Shown here: piece after piece, positions 1 through 13,256 of the stretch
Position numbering within the stretch: position 1 is the first letter of the stretch
Layout of the letters: every line of letters starts with the position of its first letter
NCBI GenBank assembly: GCA_964199315.1
Contig: OZ116706.1
Location: 28,520,001 to 28,584,000 of the forward strand
Length of the DNA stretch: 64,000 bases
Direction: 5' to 3'
Origin: Orbicella franksi
Taxonomy: Eukaryota
Program-made: the position numbers and the translations under genes
Notes under the pieces: generated by a model
Told to the model about the DNA's origin: nothing
Databases searched by the model: none
Seen by the model: the letters and a program-made list of their open reading frames with translations, nothing else

Positions 1-886
1 GTAACACCTTACTTAATTACACTTAAATTATGTTATAAACTATGTATAAATTAAATGCATGTTTCATCCAAAATTCTGAAGTTTGGAAAGTAAATTACTT
101 CAATATTTCTGATTCAGTACATTTTCAACTCCAGACTGCTCGACTGCTTGCAAGTGATCCAAATTAACCACTGGCAATGCAAAACTATGAAAGGATTTGC
201 TTCCTTTTTACTGGCTACGACATACATGTAAAATTATGAAAGCCTGCATTGCTTGTCATAGCTTGATAAAACTATCACTTTTGTTACCGAAAATGTTAGG
301 AGGATACATTTTATGTTATGTTAGTACTTCTGAAGGAATCAATCAATAGTCATTTTCCACAAAATTTAACTTCTAACTTAAATGTGCTTTTCCTTCAAAA
401 TTCCTATTTGTGTCTTAAATTTCAAGCACGATTCCGTTTTTCCATTCTCTCCATCTATTGCATCTAAATGTGTAAAGCCATGAAATACATGATCTAATTG
501 GATATCAAACATTGCATTATTTGTCAGTAAAGATTTGGAATTCAACAGTATAAATTTGGCAATAAATGAGAGTTACTGAAAATTGAATGAAGTCATGCTT
601 AACAATGGCTAACATATGGCTGAGCACAAAATTAAGATTTGTCCTAAAGTTTAAAGTTTCTATTCCTCAACAATTGCATCTGGACTCCTCAGGAAGCTTG
701 TTACTGTATATCCAAAACCAAACATCTACACTGTGCACATTTTTGGACCAAATATAAGTTATTGTGCATATAATTAGACTTTCTTGAAAAACCAAACAAA
801 TTTGTGTCAAACATTTATTTGTGTGTGTAAAAAAATGATTCAGCTAAGTTTTCTGATCAAACTAAATTGATTACTCTAAATAATAC

Positions 887-3800
887 CTCTATTTCTGTTA
901 TCAGATGCATGCTTAAGAGGAAGACAGACTGGACAATCCTGTCGCAGGCAATTTTTCCAGTGTGAAATTATCTGTCGTGACGAGGCACAATGCGCAACTG
1001 AAACAAAAACACAACATCATTCTTAACACAATAACATTGAACAAAGATATGTCTAGATACATGATAGCACTTAACAGAATAAATATTTTACCTTCAAGGT
1101 CCTTTTTTATGGGAATTCTGAAAACTAGTTCTATGACCTGAACAATAATAACTACATGGCAGAGGAATGAGGTCACAGGCATTGCTGTTGTTCTAGTTGT
1201 TTGTATGCTTTCCAGCTGACAAACAAAACACTGTCATTATTGAGATGTCAAATTTACAAATAACTCTAACATGGTCCTTAACAAGTGGGACACATACACA
1301 TGATTGTACTACACTGACAGTAAATTCCAGAACTATACCAACTAGTGAAATCAAATGTTTTATGGTTTCAAATGATCTGAGTAATACTAAAATTCATTTT
1401 TAATGTTGTGTGGTCAATTTAATGGATAACCAAATGTTTTCTCATTTTCACCTATGGAGCGATTATTTTCAACATTAAATGCTCTTATATCAAACAATTC
1501 TACAAACCTTGACATGTTTTTCCAGCAGTACATGTTGTCATGTGATTGAGCACATTCTTCATAGTTCTACAATGAGGTAAGTTGCAAGGCTTCACTGCAC
1601 CATTCTGGGCATTCTGTTCTCGACGCTGACATTTATGTGCATGAAGCAAAAGCACTAGTTGTTGTTGTATTAATCTCCGTTTCTCTGGGTCTGCTGTTGG
1701 AGGTTGAGCTAGTCCAGTGCCAGCCTAAAAGTGGAATAAGGGGCAAATGATTAAAAAAAATAGCCCCAAACAGAAACTGCCTTCACTGTTACTGTTACAA
1801 TTTTATGATAATGGATTAATTAATTATGACTTATGAGGCTCTGTATTGATATTTCTGATGAATTCTCCATCATGACAATAAAATTATTTATGATAAAAAA
1901 GGAACAATCTCAATACTGCAGTGATCTCTTGAGATCAAAGTATTCACTGAATAAAGAGCCAATCTAGCTGCCAACTGAAGTACATGCCAAAAAGTCACAA
2001 CCCCTAAAAACTCAGCATTTGCAAATGTCCCACGCAATAAAATCATGACACTTTCTTGAACAGAAAGGGGTATCCGAAGTAACAAAATTCAAGTAAAGAC
2101 ACAAGGACAAAACAATGTACACATCTCAAACAATAACAAAACTGAATGTGGAAATATAAATGGAAATAAACTTTGACATTACAGTAACCACAACAGTAAA
2201 ATGTTGTTGGAAACATCCTTGTTTCATGTCTCCATGACTTAACTTTAGTTTACATTTTATTTTAATTGACTGGCTAAAAACAAAACTTCTAACTCATAAA
2301 AACTTAAACTTGTGACATCATTTCTACAGACATTTATTGTCTGTAAAAATGTTCTAGGCAGACAGAAATAAGTTTATTTGAAAAGACCAAACTGCTATAA
2401 AACTTCCCTCTGAAATACACCCATCAAGTATAGGTTAAAAACGAACACTTGAAGGAGAGCCCCCAGGAGTTCTTTTAAGCAAAATGTAACACCTAGTGGA
2501 AAACGTTCAGTAAAAAACCAAGAGAAATGTCCAATTCTAAAACATGAGGAGAACCTGTACGATTGTTCAATCTGTGTAGTTTGGAGATCATAAGTCAAAT
2601 CGTAATCACAATACAGTGGTCAGATTTTCAAAAGTTAGAAATAGAAGAATTTCTGTTTACATGTGCAGTAAAATGATTTTATAAAACAGTTACCCAATAG
2701 CTACTGTTTATAATAGCTTCAAAGAGGACATTTGCGAGTTTACGTTGTACCATAACAATTGGACCCCAAAAAGATTCAAACTGTAGTAACACTTTCAAAG
2801 ATATGACTGGTAACAGTCTCTTTCAATTAACAAAACAACCTGTCTAACCTATTTTTTCATCAATAAAAATCGTACAGTAACGAAGAGAAGGCATACGATG
2901 TAAAGACATAGCGAGGGTATGTTACTCTTATTAAAATACCAAGACACTACAACATGTGTGATGTTTAGGAATGACACATCAAACGTCGACGAAGAAGGAA
3001 AAAAATCACTGCACTACCTAAACAACGATAGTTTTTCATTTTCCGTACAGTTTTTTTAAGAAACACTTTTTCATTTTCACGAAAAATACTTGGTCCCTAG
3101 AACGAAAAAGAGTCGACTGAAGATGACTGGAAATAGGCAAAAGGAAAAGGACATCTACCGTTTGACAGCCATGAAATATCAATGCAGAAGCCAGTTACTA
3201 CAGAGAACTACAAAAAAAAACAACTTACTTGGCCTAAAGAAACTCTGGATTGGTCTGGGCTTCCGTTCATACCAGGATGACCAACGAAATTATTCGCCAA
3301 CTGTTCTTGCTGTAGTTGAGGAAGCGAATTTTGAAACGGATTGCTCCCGGAATTAGTTACGTTCATATTAGTTCGTGAAAATGTCGCTCCGCTGCCGTGC
3401 GGCGTATTCAAAGCGATCGATTGAGTCGCCGAGCTCGGTCCATTCATAGATGCCATCATTGCGTTGTTATTGGCAAGCATGTTCATATCAAGTGAATTGC
3501 CACTATACTGGGCTGCAACTTGCAGTCGTGCATCCCTTGCTTTACCTTGCAAAGCGGAGCTCATTGTTGACAACGGCAAAGAAGATGACGGGGCAGGACT
3601 CAAACCCACACTAACAAGATGGAGGTCACTAGAAGAAGTGAGCGGTGTTGCAGGAGTCGGAGTCCCGCTCGTACTCACTGGCATTTGAGGAGGCGATGAC
3701 AAAGAATTGTTCACTGCCGGACTTTTAGCTGAAGTTAAAGTAGTCAACGATGGACTATTGGGGCTAGATACGCTAACTGTCGTAGAGATGGCACTGGAGT

Positions 3801-4203
3801 TTAGCGTAGAGCTCGCGCCACTTGACAGGGAAACATTCGATTGAAGAATCTGCTGCAAACTTGAGCTACCGCTCGCAACATCAGCTGATTCACCATTAGT
3901 TAGACCATCGGAATTGGGAATCATTCCGGGTCCACCGAGTTCATCGGGTAAACTGGCATCCAGGTCTTCCATAAACTTCCAATTGAACTCTTTAAAGGGA
4001 AGAAGGGAATTTAAATAAGTTCAAGGAACGGAAGATAAGCTCATATATACAGGAGGACTCACTATTACTGCAAACTCAAAGCGTACCTAAATAGAGACTA
4101 AAAATTCGTTAAGATTATATTTACCTGCATTGTCGGTTGGTGTGTCTGGGGCTCCTAATTTCGCTCGCTTATTCGGTGGCCCGTCTACCAGTTGCTCGGC
4201 CAT
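887..4203 (-). CDS. CREBBP: CREB-binding protein / p300 histone acetyltransferase, 5' part (exons 1-4; gene continues beyond left edge)
   Basis: Exons 4203-4125, 3989-3229, 1724-1508, 997-887 have GT-AG ends and matching phases (1,0,1,1). They translate to [17 protein letters not shown]...[11 protein letters not shown] (CBP N-terminus) and a TAZ1 zinc finger: [26 protein letters not shown]...[19 protein letters not shown]...[26 protein letters not shown]. Confidence 0.96.
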
Positions 4204-6806
4204 TACTACTACAATACAAAAACCCACTACACGAAAACGACTTGTTGATCATACATAGTCATTGCCTTGAAAACGGCGAAGCGCCTTCGTCCCCTGAAAA
4301 TAAATCCAATCACTAGATTCACAATCTGGCTGAATGACAGAATTTCACCGATGGATTGAAGGAACTACGAGCCGTACTACTACAAAATTTGCGCAGAAGT
4401 AAAAACAAAAATCATGGCCGCTCACCATTGTCGTACTCAGAGCATTATGATACACGAACCGCACAAAACAGCACAAGACGGCTTTAAGATCTTTTGAAAG
4501 TGACCTTCGACGAAGGAATTACCCCCACTCCTCCAGAAGAATCTGCTTTCCCCTGTCGTAAAGCTTCAACTACAAACGAAAACTTGAAGTAAAATAGCGT
4601 TCTGAAATGTTCCCTGTGTCAATGCCGTGAAGCGCAACAAGCGATGGTTCAACAGCGCGGGGGGGCCCAACCCCACCATAATGCATTGCAGCCGTCAAAT
4701 GGTCATTAATATTTTAATTTATGACCACAATATAAGGGACCTGGAGCCGAAGAAAACAATAGATTGCCTCGCTTTCGCGCTTTTACTGCTTCCTCCTTCA
4801 ACTAGACCGGAAGAGTTACATCACTCTGGTAGCCCACTCACTTCGTGCTCTATTTGGTGTAAAACGCAGTTAAAATTTTCTGTCAGGGAAAAAGCAGTTT
4901 TCAAAAATCTTCTCATGTGTTCCCTGGTCGCAATGTTTCTTTTGCGATATGACAAAGCGAGTTTTACAGACTCCATTTTCTTCCGAAAAAGTGGAGGCTT
5001 GTGTATATTGAAAGTACGTGTATTCAAAAGCAAACTGGTTCTAAGGATAACGCAAAATTTCCGTGATCAGGATGAAAGATGTAAATTATTCAATGGCATG
5101 TTGGCTTTCTATCTTCTCAGACAATACACTACTAGGTTTTCAATAATGACGCGAATTAAAATCTAAAATAAAACGCTATTCACAATTAAACCTGGCTGAA
5201 CGGAAATCTCTGAGCACGCAATCGAAAACAATTCCAAAACGTTTCTCAGGAGAAAACGACCTTTCTTGAACGACTCTCGCCCCCGTAAATTTTATGAATA
5301 ATTACTCGTAACGTATTATTTAAAGAATACTGAAGAACTAGTTGAAGTGTTCTCGATGAATTTAGCTGAATCCCAATTTCTGTGTCTTTCGTGGTATTAC
5401 TAAATCAAAGTAACACAGACTAAATGTCACGATATGCTCATTAGCATTTAAAATAGGTACAATAATCCGCGCGCTCCAGTAAGCAGAGGTGAATTTTCGT
5501 GACAAATATAGGATGAAGATACTGACTGAAGTCTTGATTAGGTCAGGGATTTTAATCTCTTGAAATCTCCTATACCGACAGTTCTCAGTCACGCCGGCTA
5601 GCTGTTTATTGCCCGAGTGCGAGCAACTTTTTTGACGTTTTTTTTTTTTCAAAGGCTTTCACAGATCATACAATTTGTCATTGCGCAAAGTTTACGTAAG
5701 TTTATACATCAAAAACGCTTCCAAACCGAAAAACACACAAAATGCGGCAAACGATATAAGAAGTCTTTTTTTGTTTCAATAAAATATTGATGAAGTCTGA
5801 ACTGCATTTTTGTCAGAAGTATACGTACTAGAGTGTAAATTAATTTCAAGTACAGTGGAGCCCCGTTAATCCGGTCACCAAAGAGCCACAACAATCTCAA
5901 AAATCTAGCCGTATTAACGGGGTGGCCGTATTAAAGGTGTTTTCAAATAAGAAAATGACTGACTGAGCTTTTGTACGGGCCAGAATAAAGTGGCCGTAAT
6001 AACGAGGTGGCCGTGTAAACGGGATGGCCTAAAGGCGGGGTTTCACGATGAGTCCAGTCTGATTTCTGTTTATTTTTCATTCAGGCTCAGATAACAACGG
6101 AAACTGAAATGAGCCAGCCTATGGCCAGTCTTCAAGCGCTTACAATTTGAAAAAAATTCAAGAGACAAGTTCAAACTTCCGTCCACATCCAAAAGGTCGA
6201 AACCCAAGTCCTTGGGACTTGTCCCCGCGAAAAGCCCCATCAAGAGTTTACCCGGGGACTGGTCCCTGTGACAAGAGCCTTGAAGGGGATTAGTTTCAGC
6301 CAGGGACTATTCCCCTATTGTGTTTACAAACTCTTCAAGGGACTTGTCGCAGGGACCAGTCAAACCCCGGGGACTTGTCCCCTTGTGTCTGTCAACCTTA
6401 AACAGGAATGTAAGCGATTTTATACCTAATCGAACTTTTTCCATGCGTGGTGGTGACATATCGGACGAGTTTGGTTGAACTATGGTGAGCATTTTGGCGA
6501 AACGCAGTAGAGCCAAAATAACTGTTGCGAGACCAAACGAGCTTGATAAGTGCTGTCGAAGCGTACCTAAGCTTGGGAATCGACATTACCCAGATTCGAC
6601 AGGACCCTCCTGAATTCGGCCAGTTAAGATGAGGTCATATCGGGTCAGGGAATTGACATGTAATTAATGTTGGAAGTCAGGGCAGTAGAACTTTTTTGTG
6701 GGAGGCGTGGTGGCGCAATGGTTAGCGTGCGAGACCCCGAATCGATTAGAGCCCCAATCGGGGACAATGAGTTATGTTCTTGGGCAAGACTATTAACGCT
6801 CACAGG

Positions 6807-6956
6807 CAGTGGCGGATCTAGGGGAGGGGCCCGGGGGGCCCGGCCCCCCCCCTATTTTGGGTAAAAAGAAGAAATGACAGAAGGAAGAAAAGCCGGCAGG
6901 GCAAGTAAAACACAGCCGCCCCCACCCCCTTAGCTCAAGGTCTGGATCCGCCACTG
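6807..6956. mobile_element. GC-rich MITE (TIR CAGTGGCGGATC)
   Basis: CAGTGGCGGATCTAG...GGATCCGCCACTG; related copies at 59544-59718 and 12377-12539. Confidence 0.8.
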
Positions 6957-6965
6957 CAGTGCCTC

Positions 6966-6967
<2 letters not shown>

Positions 6968-7013
<46 letters not shown>

Positions 7014-7038
7014 GTCAATCAATCAATCAGTCAGTCAA
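6968..7038. repeat. (AATC)n microsatellite
   Basis: Long AATC run with a few AGTC variants. Confidence 0.95.
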
Positions 7039-8469
7039 CTTTATTTAGAGAGGGTGACACATGACAGTATAAACTGATAAACTAGTGGCCCTCTGTGCTA
7101 AAACTCTCCACCCAGATGTATAAAATGAATACCTCTGGAGGTACACCTGCGATGGACTAGCATCCCATCCAGGGAGGAGTAGAAATATAGTCGCTTCACC
7201 CTACTGAAGCTACGCTTCACTTTGAATTACTTTTTAATAAAGGTCATGGTATTTTAATTAACATTTCTGTTCAGTTCTTGTTCTTAAAATCATGTTAACA
7301 CACACAAGAGGTTGGCTAGAGCTCACACTCAACTGAAGATCAGCGAAGCAGTTCGGATAAATACTTTTGGAGGGCCTCTACAACGAGAGTTTGGATAACA
7401 CTGGAAAGTTTGCTGGAAGGTTTTAAACCAATAGAAATCGTACGATTCATGTAGTGCATACGACGCCCCGTGCAGGATTTTTCTCGTGCGGCGTTGTACT
7501 GATTTTAATCTTGTGTCTTTGCCATCGTCCCTGTTTTTGTATGGAAAGCGCTGCTTTGTATACCTTCCCTCGATGACATCACATTTCTCTTCAATCTTCA
7601 AACAAAATGCAAAAGTTTTTCCCTCAAGATCGATGAAAAAGGAACTCTCAAAAGTTGCTTGTGTCGGGAAACTTTCGCAGTAAGAAAAGAAGAGTATAAA
7701 AATACGTTGGTGTACAATATTTATCACCGCTGTTTGTGTTGTATTTCTAAACAAGCTACAATGGCCAAAGAGCAAGAGTTTATATGTGACTTTTACCACA
7801 TTGTCACTCTTGTTTCTCTAACAACGGGGTTATAATGCGCTGATGTTTCGAATTCAATTCCCGGGTGTAATTTCAAAATTTGTTGGAAAACTTTTTCAAA
7901 GAATGCAAAAAAACCCGCCAAGATAATTCAAAGAAAGGAATTGAAAAACTGGCTCAGTCTCTAAGCTTTCCGGGAACTATGTAGCAAGTTTATCAGGTCT
8001 GTGTAGAAATTCGCATTGGATCTTGGCCCCTCGTATTTAATATTAAAAACTTCCACGTACACAGAAATCGACTGAAAACTGATGCACAAGCATATATTAA
8101 AAGAAGTCAAGGTCACAAAAGTAATATCTTTATTATCATGAATTAAACACTCTAGTGACCTCAGCAAGAATGATGTGAAAACCTCTCACCTATAAAACTA
8201 TGGCCCGTGTTTTCTGGGCTCGATCGCTAATTTCGCAAAAAATGTCCACCAGATTTTCTTATTGCCGAGACCATTAATGTACGGCTTTACATTTGAGTTC
8301 TTCGCAGGTTATTGTCGAGAACATACCATGGAATATTTGTGGACTGTACAACAGCCGTATCTCGGCCGTATTACAGCTGTGGTCTGAGCGCAGCAGCCGC
8401 TGCAGAGCGGATTTAGTTTTATCCTTTTTTTTATTGTGACTTAATGGCGTATTATTTATTACAATACAT

Positions 8470-8930
8470 ACATACATATATACAACCTTTATTTATACAC
8501 GATTAACAAATTTCAAACCTAACAAGCTTGTGGGGTTGTGACGTGTACTAGATAAAAAGATACAAATGCTAAGAATAATTAAGAAGCTACGATTAAAGGA
8601 TAATAATCATTCTTATAAAAGATATAATTTTGTCAAATTAAGTCGATAGTTAAAAATAGATAAAATTCTCAGATCTGTTGTTGATTATTTGTGGGGTTAA
8701 AACACTAAAATTAAAATCCTTAAAAGTGCGACAATTAACAACATTTTTCAAAGAGGATTTCACGTCTGTGCACTCTAGTATCGATCGATCCATTTGATCG
8801 TCCTGTAGCGTTCCAGAGAACAGCCCCTCTATAGGAAATGGAGTTTTGAATGTATTTGGAGGCAAAACTAGGAGCTATCAGCCCATGCTTCAGTCTTGAA
8901 GATCTGTTGCCGTCGAACAATCAACTTGCA
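8470..8930 (-). mobile_element. 5'-truncated LINE (CR1/L2-like) 3' remnant
   Basis: Minus-strand peptide LIAPSFASKYIQNSISYRGAVLWN resembles the C-terminus of CR1/L2-type ORF2; frameshifted; simple-repeat tail (TATG)n near 8465-8485. Confidence 0.6.
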
Positions 8931-9680
8931 GGGGAGCATTCCGTGATAACCCTTGTAAAAAAGTTTAATTAAGGAACAATTTTACAGATGTGTTATAGTG
9001 TTCCACTTAGCGGTAGCTAAAACGTCGACCGTTGGCATGTCCGGTGAAAATCCAAAAATAATTCTAACAGCACGGCATTGCTCTCTTTCCAATGTTTTAA
9101 ATAACTGTGTCTGATTAACCCCACCCCAAAGGAGCATCGCTTAAGTAATGGATGGCTGGATAACTTTCACGTAAAAAGACTCGCTCACATGACTGGGTAG
9201 AAACTTGTATTTCTTCAGGAGGCTTAATTTGTCCCCATGATGCCCGCCCCTGTTAGCCTACGCTATACGCGGGTACTGTAAATTGTAACTTATGGCAATA
9301 AATAAACTGGAATAATAAACTGTCGTGCGACCACACAGTGACTGTTTGCGGTCGAGTAGACTTGTTGCTGATTGTTTAGTACTTAGCCATTTAAGTCGTA
9401 CTTTCAAACTTGTTAACTTCATGTAATGCAGGTGGAATACATAAGGTAATAAATATGTACTAATAAATATGGTCATGTTGCAATGTCCAGGTCCAGTCTC
9501 GTTCCCAGTGCCACTCCAAAAGAAACGGAGGTTCTGGGAACGATCTGGGCCAGGCCGCTCTGCGCATGCTGCGCACATTTCGACTGACTGGCATCTGTCT
9601 AATGGGGTAATATACATTAATATAAATTATTGGAAATCAGGAGCCATAATCAGGGGAAATTAAATTTACTTTGGCAAACT

Positions 9681-10070
9681 TAGGCCTCTTCCACACTAGG
9701 CCGAAGATATTTGAAAACGCAGCTATATTTCTACGGTTAGGCCTACCGCCCACACTATAAATCCGTCACGAAAAGAGAGCTTTTCGAAAACGCTCTTCCG
9801 CAACGGCCGGAGGAGTTGGAAAACGCCGGTTTCGGGTTTTAGTGTGGGCGGAAAACCTTTTGTGAACGGAGCTTTTCGAAAACGATGGCGTCACGATAAG
9901 CACGGGATATCCCTGCCCGCGTTTTCCTCAAACACAAATCCACAAAATGACCCACGATTGTTGCGTTTTCAAATTTCTCTAGCGTAGTTTGGAAGGAAAC
10001 CATTTGATGTATTTTCAGAGTTAAAACGCCAGTTTAAAAATTTATCCGGCGTAGTTTGGATGGGGCCTTA
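9681..10070. mobile_element. MITE, PIF/Harbinger-like termini
   Basis: TAGGCCTCTTCCACAC...GTTTGGATGGGGCCTTA imperfect TIR; internal GAAAACG repeats in both orientations. Confidence 0.6.
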
Positions 10071-12819
10071 AAGGTCCTTAAAGAAAAGATAAAACTGTTA
10101 GAGGCTGTGAAATGTGAAACTTTAGCAGGCACGATTGGAAAAAGTTATAGCGAAGCACAGAAAATTACATTTTCGATTCAGACCCATGGAGTAAAGTCTC
10201 AGACCATGGAGTAACTCTCAGACCATGGGGTAACCCTCTAAGAGATTTTCCCCAATCCTTTTGACTTCTGAACTCGGCGTAGTAAACATATCTTAATTAG
10301 TTCAGTTATGGTATTCGTTTTATATTTGTGGGTAAATTTTGGAATTATGTTCATCATTTAGGATCCTCCTCAAGGGGTCTTTTCAAGATGGCGGAGCTAC
10401 ATTGGACACTAGCGGCCAAGTACAGGAATTGCATCACACTAAAATGTACTCCTGTTAACCTAAATACCACCTTTGGTTAGCCTGATCAGCACTCCAGTAA
10501 GCCTGGGTAGTGTTTCGGTTAGCTTAAGGTAGCACTAAGTCGGGAATGATTAGCTCTTAAAAGGGTGCAATTCTTGTATTTATATTTCGCTGCACGTCAT
10601 TGGACGACTGAGCTGTGAGTTTGATACGAGATGGGTTACATGAACTAACCAGGCACGTAATACCGATTTGGAAACAGTCATCTCATTAGATATACCCAAA
10701 CAGCGCGCATGGAGTAATTTCTTTATTAAAAAACAGTCACGAAATATTGAGAATCGTACTAATTTTGTTTTGCAAAAGAAAAGACTGGAAGACGGTTATA
10801 GTCGACCATGCTTTTTAGCCTACACTATATGCGGGTAATGCAAATTGTAATTTGCGATTTTTAATGGAAATAAATTAACTGTATCGATAAACTATAAACA
10901 TTGTATAAATAAACAACAGCCTCCACTTGGCGCGAAAATATTCTCAGATATTTGTCCGCGGACATCATGATCTGTTCCGAGAAACGAACAGTTTTCCGAA
11001 AGCGAAGCTCGAGGAAGACTGTGAGCTTTGAGGAACGGATAGTGTCCGCGGGCAAATAACGGAGCATATTTTCGCGCCATATGGAGGCTATTGTGATTAT
11101 TATCCTTCAAATATTTTTTGCAACACGCGCGGTTTTGTTCGAAGATTGAAGAATATCATTCGGCAAGAGACCATGAGTTCAGTCATGTGACGCGTTTAGA
11201 CCAATCGCGTGCGGGGGAAAATATTTCTTGGATATTTATAATGGCTGATAATCACCACGAGAGGATGAAGAGAAAAGAAGAGTGAGGTCTTCATATAGAC
11301 CTTATTTTCAAGGTTATCCTTTTCGGTATCCCTCATGAACCCAGTTCTTCCCCGGATAATGTTACCATGCGTGAATATTTTCGTGAAGGATTAAAATCCA
11401 TGTTAAGTCTGTTAAGCCGCTTGAGCTGGTCACGTGAGCAAAAGTCCCGTCACAAGATTGGCAATTTCTAGACCCTCCTGGGATTTCTGAAACTGAAAGT
11501 GATATAAAAACAGCTTTAGAGGCAGTAAGGCCTATCGGATCACAGCCAAACGTAATCAAAGGGAGAAGGTTGGAGGCGCGTGAGGGCGATTACGCCTCTC
11601 GTTTTCTCCTAGCCCCATCAGGCGTTTAGTTAGTTGGGGCGCAGTGCGAAAAACGGCGAGCGAAAAAATGGGCGAGAAGCGCGGCGAGAGAAAGCGAAAA
11701 AAATCATTCTTTCGCTTTCTCTCGCCGCGCATCTCCCTATTTTTTCGCTTGACTCTTGATATTGGCCACTCCTGAAACTATTCAAGTTGGTGTGATACAA
11801 ACAGAGGCTTAAACTCAATGTCGACTTTGCGTTCAAACCAAAACGCACTTTTTTTTCCCGTCACTGAACTTCGCCGTTATAAAGGGAAGTCACGCAACTC
11901 TTCTCCCCACGTGGAGAAGCACTGCGTGACAACCATAAAAGCGGCTGCGAAGGAGGCCCAGATCGCAGCTTTTCACAGGATATTATTGTGACCCCCTATA
12001 TTTTGTCAGGTTGCCCAGTATACAGCTGTTGAGCCAGTTTTGTCTTTTCTACAGAGGTATATAAGGTCAAATACAATGCTGAAAGGTATTGCGGGTGTTG
12101 GTAGTTCATAGCGTCTCAGCGTAGTGAAAGGAGAAATCCTTGGTTATATAGTTGGAGTAATTGAATCTAACACGCCCTCTTATTGGTTGATATGGTTAAG
12201 TGGCAATCGCTAAATCTTTATGCCTCCCAGTGGGCAACAATTAAGCAATAAGCTCTCAGCTCTTCCACTAACGATTACTTTGCCTTCATCTTGCCTTATG
12301 ACTTTACACCAGCTATATAACAAGACACCTAATTTCTGGTCTGTTGTGAAACAGTTAGTTTTGTTTTCCCGAGAATCCAGGCGTGGATCCAGGATTTTTC
12401 TTAGCAGGGGATGCACCACTAAGGAATGGCATAATTGACTGGTGAGGTAAACAAATTTTAAAAGTGAAAACGAAGAAGGCTATATCTCAGGGGGTGAGGG
12501 GTGCACACTCCCTGCACCCTCCCCCTAGATCTGCCCCTGGACTCTCTCTGTTTCCCGAGACTTTGTCTTCAATCAAGCAAGAGCAGAAAACCACTACCTG
12601 TGATACCTTTCAACACTATCACAACCTTCCTGGAAAATTTGTTTTCATCTTTTCTGCTTTTAAATAATGTTGTCACCACAACATGACATGTTAGGATCAA
12701 CTCAATGAACTATTCAGGATAGGTCACAATGACATAACCTGGCAAATGTGATGCCCCCCAACACCTCCCTGCTTCATGTCCCACCAAGGTAATGAGACCC
12801 CAAGGGTTGCCCCCTAAGG

Positions 12820-13256
12820 TTAAGAGAGAATCCACCAGAAGTTTGAGTAACTAGTGGACAAAAACTTAGTACCAACGTTATCTACATTGTATTGCAACCT
12901 TCTATGTGACTGTTTTAAATACCTTCTCAAAAGAAATCATTTCTAACAATACCAAATGTCAATAACAAAATTAATGTTGAAGTTCATATGAAACACTTGA
13001 AAGTACTAGTGAAATGAAAATGGTGAAATTTTACCTATGTTTGCTCAATTTCTCTGAACTTTGAAATTTATTTACTCAACTTCCATGGGAAATTGTTTTC
13101 GGTGTTATTTCAGGCAAATATTTAAATCCTTAGCTTTCAGAAAATGAAAAAAGGACTGTGATATACTTAAAATTATATACTTAAAATTATTCTGGTACAA
13201 GGTTTTTGTCCACTAAAAGTTGAAATTGCTCAATTTCCGATCGGATTTCCTCTTAA
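12820..13256. mobile_element. TTAA-flanked MITE (Kolobok-like), copy 1
   Basis: TTAAGAGAGAATCC...GGATTTCCTCTTAA; ~430 bp homologous in inverted orientation to 35423-35836. Confidence 0.75.

Larger units (their letters stand above)
6701..7205 (+). mobile_element. tRNA-derived SINE-like element interrupted by a MITE and a microsatellite-tailed insert
   Basis: Head GGAGGCGTGGTGGCGCAATGGTTAGCGTGC (A-box-like), body TTCTTGGGCAAGAC, resuming at CTCTCCACCCAG...CTGCGATGGACTAGCATCCCATCCAGGG-AGTAGAAATA. Same family as the copies at 36.4, 37.5 and 43.7 kb. Confidence 0.8.

Noticed and set aside
4627-5166. 179-aa plus-strand ORF divergent from CBP
   Set aside because: GTG start, no recognisable motif, no splice partners; looks like promoter-region DNA.
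6701-6780. tRNA-like heads here and at ~37700 and ~43735
   Set aside because: No complete cloverleaf; each continues into the shared SINE body, so they are not tRNA genes.
10190-10245. Three ~19-bp direct repeats (CTCAGACCATGGAGTAA)
   Set aside because: No unique spacers and a eukaryotic context; a minisatellite, not CRISPR.
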